Shown piece by piece: positions 1 to 13,491 of a stretch of 64,000 nucleotides of DNA (its first letter is position 1; each line of letters opens with the position of its first letter). Source of the DNA: the human T2T-CHM13v2.0 reference genome, Homo sapiens; the NCBI RefSeq assembly GCF_009914755.1, contig NC_060933.1; one strand, written 5' to 3'. The notes beneath the pieces were generated by a model. It did not search any database. It was not told where the DNA came from and saw only the letters and a list, made by a program, of their open reading frames with translations. A program made the position numbers and the translations under genes.

Positions 1-700
1 GCCTGCAGGATCAGGCCCAAGCTCCTCAGCATGGCTTTCATGGTCCCCATTGTTCTGACTCCTACTGAACTCTCTGGTCTCACCCCTCACCTTCCCTCCT
101 CCCCTTTCCCTTTATGTTCCAATAGTAATAATAACGAGGAGGAACAGTGATAATAATATGAATGGTCATAACTAATACATGTTGAGTGATAGCCATTTTC
201 CAGGTACTCTGCTAAGTATGCTACATGCATTATTTCATTTAATTCTCACAATAACACGATAAGAGAGGTACCATAATTAAGTCTATCTTGTACATAAGGA
301 AATGGACCCTTTTAAAGGTTAACTGACTTGTTCACATTCACACAGGTAGTCAGGGGTGGAGTAGAGATCCAAACTCAGGCTGCCTGACCGCTGCCCGAAT
401 GGATTCCTGACTGCTGTCCGGGAGTTTGGGGCTTTGCAGTCCCCCTAAACATACCATTTAGGAATGTTGATTTATCATTACACCTTGGCACTTGCTGGGC
501 TCTCTACCTGGACTGCCTCCTTCACCAGGCAAGTTTTTCCTTGTTTGAAACACAGCCTAGCAGTCAGCTCCTCCAGGATACTTCCTTTGCCTATTTGCCC
601 ATTCTATCAGACAGTGAACCCTCAGGGCAGAGACTCCTGTTTATAAACCCCCACTGCCCAGTCTAGCAGATGCTCTGTAAATATTTGTTGAATTGAATCA
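1..700 (+). mobile_element. L2 3' fragment interrupted by a MIR (~150-395)
   Basis: L2-like 'aagctcctcagcatggc..' and L2 3' end 'aaatatttgttgaattgaat'. The MIR core 'attatttcatttaattctcacaataac..aaaggttaactgacttg' lies between them. Confidence 0.6.
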
Positions 701-1933
701 CCTAGTTCATCTTTCTTGTTTCCCTCTGTGGATACAGAGTAAGTACTTAGGACAACAGTGAGGTGAATCAGGACGCTTGGCTTGCCTTTTGCCTGAGGGC
801 TAGAATAACACAGGGCCTCATTCTCCCACTGGCTTTGCAGGTCAGGCTAGATTAGATGGGAAGATAAGATTCATGCCTTGGGCTGAGGCCAGCACAAAAC
901 ATCAAGAACAGGCTCTGCTCATTGGCCGAAAGCCCTCTTACACTGTTCTCCTTACCCCTTATGGCAGGTGAGCCTCTGTAAACAGGTGGCTGGAGAAGTG
1001 CAAGCCCAGGCTTGCCTCTCACACGTTCTGGTTCTTTTGTTGTTTTTTCCCCTTTGGGTTGACCTCAGTTGTAATTCTGAGAAACCCGAGGATGGAAAAA
1101 AAAAACACCTTATTTTGAAACATTTGCATTTCCTGAAGTCAAATGGCATGGTATATTTTAGTTTTTCTTTAAAAATCATTTAGATGGTTTCTAGCTAAAG
1201 GGAAAAACACAGGCAGCCCTTTTAGGAATGATGTTGCCAGAGCTGGTTCAGAAAGGGGCTAAAAGCAGGACACTAGAGGAGCTATTGAGGGAATGGGCTG
1301 TTAAACTTGGAGAAGACCCCAGAGAAGGGCACAGCCTCTGTCCTTTAATGCTTGATGAGGCTGTCGGCACACCGTGGGGCCCAAGCACTAAACCTCCAAG
1401 TGGAAGAGGAAGGAGATGAAGCCCTCAGCTAAGAGCTAACACTGCTCTAATCCCCATTTCTCAGATGCAGCAATGGAAAGACGTACACTAAAAACACCTA
1501 TGTCACACTGTGAGTCACAGTGCTGGCAGCTCACAGAGTTGACCAGTCAGTGCTGCTCAAAAAAGAGGTGGGCTGCTTTGGAGGTCATGAGGCTCTTATC
1601 AAGAGCTAGATGAACATTTCATGGGTCATCAGCCGTGTGGCCTGAGTCTTCTCATCACCCTGTGAGTCTATGATATAACTTTCTTTTTTGGTTATGAAGA
1701 CAGAAAAACGTGACTTATAAATAGTGGCATTACATGCAGCTGAAATTCTGCAATGTCCCTGGAATTCTGAAGGCTGGGAGCAGAGGGAGCAAAAAGTGAT
1801 GCCTGGAGAGGTTTAGTTTGAAGAACAGAGCATCAGAGTGGGGGAAGTGAGAACTGTCTGCAAGTCACGGCTGAGTTGATGACCTGGGAGTTAGAATCCT
1901 GGGATTTCTCCTCTCTGGGCTCTAGTGTCCCTA

Positions 1934-2012
1934 TTAGGTTTGTGCAAAAGTAATTGTGGTTTTGGCATTAAAAGCAATAACAAAAACTGCAATTACTTCT
2001 GCACCAACATAA
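1934..2012. mobile_element. Made1 MITE (Hsmar1-derived), full length
   Basis: TTAGGTTTGTGCAAAAGTAATTG...CAATTACTTCTGCACCAACATAA inverted termini, ~80 bp, flanked by TA. Confidence 0.93.
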
Positions 2013-3924
2013 TAGATGAAGAGCAGTGTGGATTTGATGATCTGTCTTAAAGGGCCTACCTAGCTTATTTCAGCAGGCTGTATAGACTCAGCCATCCCCT
2101 ATCAGACCTGCTGGTGGTGGGGGTGGGAAGGTTTGGGATGGGGAGTCGGTCCCAGCTGCACCTGTCTATCTTTATGGGCATGTTGCATTACCCAAGGTAG
2201 GAGACTGTGTCTTCACACATTCAGGTTTTCAGACACCTGCAGTAGTAGAACAGAATATTTTAGCTCTGAGGACAATCTAAGTTATGAATAGTCTGGTTCT
2301 GTAAGGATTTGCATAGTTTGGAGAAATGAAAGTTCCCTGAGATGGCCTGGTTCAGGCTTGGTGAACACATAACCCATGTGCTCCTCAATGTTGCCCCTAT
2401 GGCAGGCTGATCCTAGGTCATCCAGAGAGTTAGTGAGAGAGACAGGACCAGAGACCAGGGCTCCTTACTCTTTCTGTAGGGCAGTCTATCTTTCAGACAA
2501 CCCTAGCACTGCCTGAACTTCCCTGAGGACCAAAGCTTTCAGATGCATCAGCTTTGTAAATCATCTTTCCAAGCTTTAGCCTCTTCTAGAAGGATCATGG
2601 GACTTTCTGTGGTTTTGTTTGAGAGGCTGAAGAGAAAGATGTGCCAACAAAACCCTCCTGGCCAGTTTCACACAGAGGAGAGAGATAGAAAGAGAGGTTG
2701 CTCGAGGTGGTGAAAGGAGCATATTCTAGAAGGTCAAGATTATGGAAACCTTAAGACTAGCTCTCACCTTGAGATTTCACAATATTAGACAGAAAGGGTC
2801 ACTAAATGCCATGCTAACAGAGATCCTAGTTTTAGGAGTGGCGAGACTACCCAGAGAGACTAGGGTCTGGCCCAAGACTCCACAGTAGGTAAATGGTGGA
2901 GCTGGGTTCAGAACACAGGGCTTCTGACTCCTAATCCAGGGCTCTTCTCTGACTTTCAGTATTCCTGTGGAATAGGAAGGGTTAAATGCAGGAAGAAGTG
3001 GGTTTGCAGCCACTACAGACACTGGAACTGAAAACTGACAAGACAGCTGGAGGTGCTGGGAAAACAAGCACTAATGAGCTCCTGGGTTCCATCTTGTGGG
3101 AGAATGCCAGCAGATGACTTCAGGCCCATGTGCTGAACACTGCCAAGTTACAAGTCATGGGCACATAAAGATGCAAATATGCTCAAGGCGGCTCTACCAT
3201 GGCAAAACAGACCAAGCCAACCATCCCGGCCAGATGGTATGTGGTTTGAGTGCCAGGTACCTTCCAGATGTACAGCACCTTTGATATAAGAACAAGGAAG
3301 ACACGATGCATCGCAAAAAGAGCACCTGAATTCTGGTCATAGCTTTTAGCTCTGGATCTGTCATTTCCCCTTACTGAGCCTCAGCTGCCACATCCATTAA
3401 GTGAGAATTAAAACAATCAACCTAAATGTATGGATGTCATGAAGATGCAATGAGACCGTGGATGTCAAGTGATCAGTGTGGCCTGTGGCTAGAGGAGACA
3501 CTCAGTAAAGTAGATTCTTTCTGCCTTACTCCTCTTTTCTTTGTTGTTATAGTGGCACAGTTTAGCAATGCCACTTAGCAGAGTGAATTGGCAGATGAAA
3601 TGCTCATTAAAATGAAGCTCATGACATTATTTGATGGACGGGAGCTTCTCAATTAAGTACCTAAGTGTTTAAGGCTATCTGATGCTTCCAGGAATGTGTG
3701 CTGAATCCTCTTTACATTTGTTGAAAAATGTTTTAATCCTTCCAAGAAGGAAAGGGATTATCCTAATGACTCTGCATCTGCCATGCCCTGGCTTCTTCAT
3801 TCCAGGCTTCAGGGACAATATCCAGGAGAGTCCCAACAGTGACATCTAGAGGACAGTCTCTCCCCTCTGGATAAAATTTGGATTCAAAGTGAGTCCTTAA
3901 CCTGAGCAAGGGTCATTTCAACTA

Positions 3925-3960
3925 TTAGGTTGGTGCAAAAGTAATTGAGGCTTTTGACCA
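3925..3960. mobile_element. Solo Hsmar1/Made1 terminal inverted repeat
   Basis: TA|TTAGGTTGGTGCAAAAGTAATTGAGGCTTTTG; one arm only. Confidence 0.88.
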
Positions 3961-4822
3961 ATTCCTTGATATCACTAAGCCAACTAGTAATAGAGAGATA
4001 AACTGCAGGATGGACCATTTGTTAAACAAAGGACCACTAGGTGACCCTGATTTCCAAAAGGATTTGGAGAATGCCCATATGAACACACTTAGTGCTGACT
4101 GAGCACATAGGAAGTGATCAGTAAATATAAATTAAGGTCAAGTTGGAATTCCTTTAAATAATTTAAATCCTGCCTCCCCCCGCCCCCTGCCCCACCTACT
4201 TTCCTTGGGATGTTAAGGTCTTTTCAGTCCTGACTTGTTGCAGTGTATCTGCAACAGTTAGTAAACCTGTCTGACACTATGGGCATTTCCTTGGAATTCA
4301 TTTATACTAAACACAGGTTGAATTGACATTACTGTGGGTAAGTAAGAAGCATCTTTAAAGTCTATAATTTAAAAGGAAAGGTGAGTCTGGAGACATAGGG
4401 TAAATTTTGCTAACATTCTAATAACCTTAATAAAAAAACACTCCCTACCTGTTCAAAATGCAAAAGTATGGCAGCAATTTTAGAAAGTTCGTTTTGGGTT
4501 CAAATCAATTTTAGAAAGTTAGACAGACTTATGTTCAAATTCCACGTCTGCCATTACTAGCTGTGTGGCTTTGCAAAAATCATGCAGCCTCTTTGAATTG
4601 TCCTGTTTTCTTCTTAAAAGTGAGAATAATAAAATAACTGTCATGGAGAGTTGTAGAGAGGATTAAATGAGATAATGCATAAAAATGAGCCTGGTGTCTA
4701 CCACCCAAACTATACCAAACAGTGGTTGAGTCCTGTGCCCTAGTCCATGGTTTGTGCTGCTTGAAATGTAGAAACTTAAGCCAACACATGTTGTGTCTAG
4801 ATAGTTTGAATGAAATACATAA

Positions 4823-5105
<283 letters not shown>

Positions 5106-8100
5106 ACGTTGCCTCTTGACTGCTTCCAGTGTGGTGTTCCGCTAGGGCGGCTGTCATCTGATTGTGACCATGGGACATGAGGGATAGTTGGGTCTTAGTG
5201 AGAACCTAGTCTTGGATTAATGTCACTGCCTTCAAGGTGCAGCTTTTATTGTTTCTTTGGGGTGGGTTCATTTGGTAAAATTAGAGAGCCAACCTCACTT
5301 CGTCTTCTTTAATGCCATTTTCTTTTTAGCAAGTGGAGGGGCAAGGAGGGTAGCTGCCACGCCTTATAAAATTGCAAATGTTAGAATGTTAAAGTGGTCA
5401 AAGAATCCTAAGATATTTGTTTGATTCATAGAACGCTATAATCAAAGCAAAATCCATCTCAGGGTTAGGACATCTGGCTTGTTCCCCTCACTTCTGATAT
5501 TTTAGAAAACAGGAAACCCAAGACCCTGAGAGGGAAAGTGAATTGCTTCAAGTCCCAAGACTTGAATGTCAGCATTCCAAATTCCTGGGCCAGTCCTCTG
5601 CATTTCATACCCCAACTTTGGCTGCAGACTGAATTCAGGCGAGGGTGGAGTTGTCAGGACCCACACGAGGTCTATCCACTGTTCCAACTTCCTTAGGGCC
5701 TCCAGGAACCTTTGGGTGTTGGAGGCTACATTACATTTGTAGGAAAGACAAATCTGTCTTAACTGGTAGGCAGTGGGGAAGGAATTGTCCCAAGGCACAT
5801 GACCCTTCAGCTGCAAAGCCAGAGCTGAAATTCAGCCTCTAGAACCCTCGCCATGGACCATGTTTCCCCTCAGCACTTCACCTCATTCAAACCCATGCGT
5901 GTGGCCCTCTGTGACCCTGAGCTTGGTAACAGAGAGTGCACTTCTGAGACATGAAAGCCAAGAGCTGGGGGCCGCAGGTGCCAAAGAAGTGATAGAGCTG
6001 ATAGAGCCCTGGAAGGGGATATGTAGACTTGGCCAGCAGGTAGGGGCACTGGAAGGATTTGCGGTACTGAGTTTTCCCAGATGGTCTACAATACAATCCC
6101 AGCTAAGCACAAGGGCTGCAAGGTGGATACGCTGGATTTGAGGTCTCACCCCTCCTAACCAGCTCTGAAATTTTAGGCAAGGCAACAAGCCTGTCTGTGC
6201 TCCAGTTTCCTTACCTATAAAATGGGGCTAATTATGATTCCTGGGGGCTTACTGTGAGAACTGCATGAGTGAATTACTAAGTACTCAGCCAATTCTTGGC
6301 ACATAGTGATGCCTGTCAACGTTCATTATTCTCACTCTGCCGTGGCCTCATACGGATGCAATGAGGGAGTACAAGAAAGAACACTGACTACAGAATTCTT
6401 CTAGTGCAGGTAAGAGCTATCATTTGGTGGGGTGATTTGTTATAAAAAGGGCCAGGGTATATTGAGAAGGCCCAGAGGTGAGACCAAAGGACCAGAATCA
6501 TTCTGCAAATCAAAGTCAGAACAATTTGAATTTCTGCAGAGTTTATGAGGGAAGTGGAAAGTGGAGGGGAAATGGGAGAAGGACATTAAGACAGGAAGGA
6601 GAGTGAGTCAGTTCAGGTGTCAGAGGGCTGAACCCCAGGGAGGATAGCTGTCCCTTGAGAAATTCCCAGTGGCTGGAATAGCTGAGGCCTTGCAAGAACA
6701 GAGGGACCTAGTATTCAATTCTGTGTCATCTGCTGGGCTGCACTGGGATGTGCTACACTGCCCTACCAGCTTCTCTGCATACCCCAAATCCTTCTGTAGA
6801 TGTCGCTATTCATAAATGTGGGTTACTATTCAAACTTGGAAATCAAGGCAAAAGTGGCTGTCTTCTCTGATTTGGGCAAATAAGCCAGAAACCATGTGCA
6901 GACATGAGATTCAAAATTTGGTGGAAGCAGAAAAGTGAAACAAGGAGTGATGAGGAGAAGGATGAGCTTCACTCTCTTTACAACATTCTCCTTGGTTCCA
7001 TGCCATTTGTGAAATGAGATGGGAACATTTTATCTGGATATGAAAGAACAGAGTGGATCCTATGCCCAAAGGACATAGGTTCAACCAGGTATCAGATGAG
7101 CGTCCAATTGCTGTCCCATTTCATCCTCATGGTGGCTTCATGCAAAAATCATTATTAACTCTGTCTTCTGGGTGAGAAAACTAAAACCCAGAAAGGAGAA
7201 GGGTGTGGGGGAAAGGTTCTCCTCCCAGGCGCTCTTCCTGGCTTACTGCCTGTGAGGTGTCAGTTGGCTGGGGGCTATCCTGGCCAGGAATGGGAAGCTT
7301 GTGATAGGACTCAGAAATCCTTTCATTACCCAAAAGGGTTTGATTTTTGGTGTTTCCTCTGTAGCGAAGTGTATCCTGTGTTTTTTCTTTAGCATGTGCA
7401 CATAGCTCTACATCCCAGGCTCTGAGCCACTGCTGATTTTCTGCTGATGGTGGAAGATTTTCAACAGCCAGTGACAAAGGGCTCCCTAGAAGGTGTCTAG
7501 CTTCTGCCCTTTTCCTTTCTAGTGACAAACCACATGCTGCCCCTGAAGCTTCCTCCCAAGAGTACCTGAAAGATGGTTCCCCTCTGCCTGGAATGTCTTG
7601 CAATGGCTTTTTTCAAAAGGGACAATTTACTGCTTCTGTGCCTGTTTAAGCTGGGTTCGTTGGGGAAGGAAGCTGTGACTTCAGATTTCCTTGAGATTTT
7701 TGTTAGGTTTTTTTTCTTCTATTTTTACATATTGTACAAAAGAATTATAGTCTCATAAAGGGTCAAAGCTGGAGAGACTCCTCCAGGGCATTTAGTACAT
7801 TGCTGTTATATTACAGATGAGGCTCAGAGAGGAGAAAAGACTTGTTGATGTGGTCAGTTCTGGAGCCCAGGAATATTTTTTCTACCTCACCCTACTACAG
7901 TGTCTCTGCAGATTGCTGAATTAAGGGGATGTTGACTTGCATTAAAAGCAAGAGAAAGTCAGGTACTGCCTCCAGCAGGTCACTGGCATCTCATGGTGGA
8001 AGCCGGTCATGCAGGGAGAAGAGGGAGGAGCCCCGGATTCTCACTTGGCCATTAACTCCTTGTATGACCTTGGGCAAATCACCTGGCTTCTTTAGGCCTC

Positions 8101-8233
8101 AGCGCATCATCTGCAAAATGGGAAGACTATTCCCCATGTTGCTGTGGCTTGCTCACAGGGTTGAGGTGAGAATGAACCCAAAGGAGGTATGGGAAGGTCT
8201 TTAACAAAAGTTTCACAGTCCCAGTGGGGATTA

Positions 8234-8313
8234 TTGAGTTGGTGCAAAAGTAATCATGGTTTTTGCCATTGAACATAACGGCAAAAGCTGCAATGTCTTT
8301 TACACCAACCGAA
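8234..8313. mobile_element. Made1 MITE, full length
   Basis: TTGAGTTGGTGCAAAAGTAAT...TTTTACACCAACCGAA, 80 bp, TA flanks. Confidence 0.92.
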
Positions 8314-8524
8314 TATTATTAGCATTTAAAAAAATCTGGTTGTGGAAACATTGAATTGTAAACTGAGGTTGGTTTTGATTACTTTGTGTTCTGATATTCC
8401 CATTCACGGTCCAGATAAGAAGAAATGTGATAAGTGATTTCGTCCATGGTTGTGAAAAGTTTGGACTTTATAGACCCAGGAAATTTCTCCCCAGAATGAA
8501 AATTCAGAGACCAATATGAAGTGG

Positions 8525-8708
8525 ACAGCTTTTTATTTTGCCTATTGTGATGATTAAAACAAAACAAAATAACTCTGGCAAAAAACAAGCCAACTTAACT
8601 CCTGTCTATATCAACTTCATGTTGTAAAAAAAGGACATTTTGACACACAAAAATGAAGGACCGTCTCAGAGGAAGAGTGCCTCTTACATTAGATATAGTT
8701 GGCCCTGT
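8525..8708. mobile_element. hAT-Tip100 MER45-like fragment
   Basis: 'ttttgacacacaaaaatg..gaccgtctcagaggaag..tagttggccctg' resembles the MER45 terminus. Left boundary uncertain. Confidence 0.5.
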
Positions 8709-9129
8709 GAAAAGGGGGCTACCGTGTCCTTATTTTTTGTACTTCACTTTGGACTGATGAAAACTTTATCAACTTTATTATGGTACCAGAATACTAGTTA
8801 GAGCCCCTATGCTTGGCGACTTTGCATTGAAGTGCTCTTTAGGCGAGGAAACTGAGATCCAGAATGGCTAAGGTCTTATTACCTAATCAAAACTATCCTC
8901 GTCACTGAGACCGTGTTCATGTTAAAAATCCCTTCTCCCTGTCAAAAAATGAAAAGTTTCCATCTTCCTTGGAAAGTCTGGGTGGAGGTGGTGGTGGAAC
9001 AGTGGGAGTGGGGAGGGGCAAGTTATATTCACTCAGAGCCTTTTGGTTTTTCCAAAGCTCCGTGTGAACGTGCATTACATGTTTAACTGAAACATCTGTC
9101 TCCAAAGCCTGCAGTGACTCCTCCAATTC

Positions 9130-9327
9130 ATAAGCCAAATCCAGCCCACCACCTCATTTGATAAATAACGTTTTATGGAAATGCAACCGTGGTTACTTAT
9201 TTGCGTGTAGTCAGCCTGGCTCAGCACTACAACAGCAGAGCTGACTAATTGCAACAGAGACATAGTGACCCCCAAAGCCTAAACGTTTACTATCTGGCCC
9301 TTCGTAGAAAAAGTTTGCTTACCCCTG
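9130..9327. mobile_element. MER58A-like hAT element
   Basis: 'ccaaatccagccc..actacaacagcagag..tttactatctggccctt..gaaaaagtttgcttacccctg'. Confidence 0.8.
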
Positions 9328-10546
9328 CATTCTACTATGCTCCTTTTAATATTAATGTGACTGTTTACATAGACATGGTAGGAACTGAGGTCACATGCTA
9401 AGTAATTCCAGCCAAAATGAGATATTGTTGACAAGGCTATGATTATTAGTCTGCCTTGAAAGATCCAGAATCCCTGTCTTTTGGGGACTTTTGCCCCTAT
9501 TTTTGAAGTCTCTGGGTGATAAACCACAGGAAAGGCATGGCCAAGGGAAACTTGAAGGACACTCCAAGTGTGATGCTGTGAGTGTGAGGAGCTGTGTCCA
9601 GTCATCTGTGTCCTCTGGTCTCAAGGACACTCTTGTGCCACTACTCTGGTGCCTACATTAACTCACTTCCTTACTTTTTGCTCTGAGCTTTCTGGCTATC
9701 CAGCTGTGTTTGCCATCTAGGTTCTAAAGGTTACAGGACTGAGATGGGAGTTGGTGTTCTTGGGCAGAAAAGACACTGTATCAGAGATGAGGACATCTTT
9801 CTGGGTTCTAGGCTTGGCTTTGTATGACCTTGGACGAGATACTTCACTTTCCCTCTCTGGGTCTTCCTTTTCCTTCTCTGAGCAATAAAAACATTAATCA
9901 GGTCATCTGAAAATTTCTCATCATCGATGTTAACTGAACTCGGCATATCATCTCTCTGAGGCTAGTAGAGACGACGTGTTAATTAGTGACTTCAATGATT
10001 GGAAATATAGGAGTGAGGAGGAAGTCTGTTTTCACAAGTCCTTGACTTCATTATGCATTTTAGCTATTACTAGTTATTTAATGATTACTATGTGCTGGTT
10101 GCCATGCCAAGCAATTTACAGATGAGATCTGAATGGCTTCTCCAATACCTTGATGAGGTGAGTATTATTATTATTCCCATTTAACAGATGAGGAGTTGAG
10201 GCTCCCCAGTGGGAAGTCAAGCCAAGATTCATTCCCCCATTTATCTGATTTCAGGTTTCAAGCATTTAACACAACACTGCCTTGCAGTCCTGCCTATGCC
10301 AGAGGTAGAATTTTCATTAGTGGGAGTGTCAAGAGCTGGTGGGAGACTTGTGGGGATGAGTTCAGGAGCTGCTAAGATGAATTCAGGTGCATCAGCTCAG
10401 TCCTGAACAGCCCTTGCCTCCACCCCTACCCACTTTACTGTTGGGTCATGTCATAGAGTTGTTTCTGGTTGATAATCAGGTTTCACACTTTATGGCATTT
10501 ATCTAGATGACTTACTACACATTTACACCTAATTCCAAGATCTTAC

Positions 10547-10589
10547 CTCCTTTGAGGGGGACGTTGTCAGGTGAGTTGGGAATGGAGTC
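10547..10589 (-). CDS. TNFSF8: TNFSF8 coding exon 2 (43 nt, stalk DSIPNSPDNVPLKG+G)
   Basis: Minus strand reads ttttcttccag|GACTCCATTCCCAACTCACCTGACAACGTCCCCCTCAAAGGAG|gtaaga. It continues exon 1 in frame and matches the CD30L sequence after ...VVQRT. Too short for the ORF track. Confidence 0.96.
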
Positions 10590-10905
10590 CTGGAAGAAAA
10601 GAAAGAAAAAAGCAGCATGAGGTGTGACATTCAGTTGAAACAACTTTTTTTTTTCTTTTTCATTTTGTTGTCCTTAAAGTACTGTGCAATTTACAATTCA
10701 TCCTCCACCTGAATTTTAAAAATTAATTCACTGATGTAGTTTCCAATGGGCTTTCTATCCATTTGTTTGACAATCTATTAGAAATGCAAGATGAGGATTA
10801 CTGTCCCCGTTCCACAGGCAAGAGACACGGGGTTGAGTGAGATAAAATGACTTGCCTAGGGCCACATAGTTAATTTATAGAAGATCAGGGACCAGAGCTG
10901 GGACT

Positions 10906-11348
10906 TTTTTTTTTTTTTAGACAAAGTTTTACTCTGTCACCCATGCTGGAGTGCAGTGGTATGATCATGGGTCACTGCAGCTTCATCCTCCTGAGTTCAA
11001 GCGATCCTCTTGCCTCAGCTTCCTGAGTAGCTGGGAGTACAGGTGCACACCACTACACTCAGCTAATTAAAAAAAGGAGTCTTGCTCTGTTGCCAGGCTG
11101 GAGTGCAGTGGCACTATCTTGGCTCACTGCAACCTCCGCCTCCCAGTTCAGGTGATTCTCCTGCCTCAGTCTCCAGAGTAGCTGGGACTACAGGCACCCA
11201 CCACCACACCCAGCTAAGTTTTGTATTTTTAGTAGACACAGGGTTTCACCATATTGGCCAGGTTGGTCTCGAACTCCTGACCTTGTGGTCCACCCGCCTC
11301 AGCCTCCCAAAGTGCTGGGATTACAGGTGTGAGCTATCACACTCGGCT
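10906..11348 (-). mobile_element. Three-arm Alu (AluS left+right arms fused to an AluJ-type right arm), inside a MIR
   Basis: Poly-T, J-type right arm 10919-11068, A7 at 11069-11075, tail-less AluS 11076-11348. One TSD pair AGAGCTGGGACT/AGAGCCAGGACT (10894-10905, 11349-11360). Confidence 0.88.
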
Positions 11349-13022
11349 AGAGCCAGGACTCAACTCCCAATCTGGTGCTTTTCCCCCCTCCATATGTTTG
11401 GGTGTTTTTTTCTTTTTTTTTCCTTCTGGTCAACATGAGAATAATCAAGTATATCATAAAAGTAGATGTGTTTTTTTTTTTTCCATGTTTGATTCATCTG
11501 TGAACGTATGTTGTAAACATACCTGGGAAGGTACATCTCTATGTCTCCTGTGGTTGGAAATTCTGAATTAATTGTGTGTTTATATGCCAAGCATTGTGAG
11601 GACACCATACATAATTAAATTGGGTCCCCATCCTTATGGATTTATTACAAGTTTATATTTAAATATACAAATATGTATACACATGTAGTATACATACAAA
11701 TGCATATTATATATTTAAACATTTACATAGTATATTATTTATTCTGTAATAAATATATACATAAATATTTACACAAATAAGAGGTTGATAGAAACAGATT
11801 GTCTTTTGAAGGAGGGAATCCTGGGCTGGGGATTGAAGGTGACTAAAGGGAGGTTCTAGTTCAAGGACTCTCAACAAGGAGTTAACAGAAGCAGAGAGGC
11901 ACAGTTCTTTTCCCCTAATAAATTCTTCAGACACTAAGTTTCACACCCTGATTGTCCCTCCCCTTTCTCTCCAGCCATGGAGACACCCATACAATATTCT
12001 GCCAATAAGGAATGAAGTATTTTATTCATCTTTTGACCTTCCCAGGTTGGAATCTCCTGTATTGCATTGAATTAAAATATTAGTAAAGACCTAGAGAGGT
12101 GTGAGCGTGTGTATGCGAAAAAACCAACTTCCTAACCTCTACCAAAGCAAGAAATTAGCAGCCGCCCACAGCTTATTTTCTTAGTGTTCTGTATGAACAC
12201 TAGGACCATCTGGAGTTCCCCTATTATTGTAACATTTCCCTGGGAGCTCTGTCATTTGCCTTCCGCTGAAAGCTTGTTTTCTTATGAATGGATCTCTTCT
12301 CTAGTGCAAGAGGTTGGTAGTGAGTCAAGGAGGTCTCCTGAAGGCAAAGCCCTGGCACAGCACCAATCTGGAGATGGGGGAAGTCAGCTTAAACATTTGG
12401 GCCCTACCTTCTCAGGGGAAGGGAGGCAAACTTGTCCTGGAAGGCCCTTCCTACTGTAACAGTCTACGACTTTGTTGCCTTAGTTGAAAGCTTTTAACCT
12501 AACAAAGCTAAGTTTTTGTAGTCTTTCAGTTATGCATGCAGTTTGCAGGAAAACTTGATATCACAAAATTCCCCTTTATGTTGCCCTTGTGAGACAACAC
12601 ACAACATTTTAAAATTTAATAAACAACTTACAACTTACTGCCAAGCGTGACCATTGATTAGTATGATGTGCAAATGCACTAAGAAAAATATCTGCATTGA
12701 AATGTCTTACCACAATCATCAAATTCATCAAGCTGCCCAGGGACATATACAGGGACAGTGAGAGAGGCTAGAATAGCAAACCTGGTACAGCCATCATTGC
12801 AGAGGCTGCTAGCAGTTCGGGAAGTCCTAGAGAATCATTCATGCAGCACACCTTGAATGAGCACCTGGTCTGTGGTAGGAACTACGTTAGTCACTAAAAG
12901 ACATCCTATGGATTTTATGCTTTAGTCATTAAGGCAGCCATTTAAAAAATATAAATAAATGTGTAATTAGAATTGCAGGTTGTGGCAAGAGCTATGGAGG
13001 AAAAGAATCATAGTGCTTTAAG

Positions 13023-13491
<469 letters not shown>

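Noticed and set aside
1506-1522. V(D)J signal joint or cryptic RSS pair
   Set aside because: No ACAAAAACC-like nonamer at 12- or 23-bp spacing on either side.
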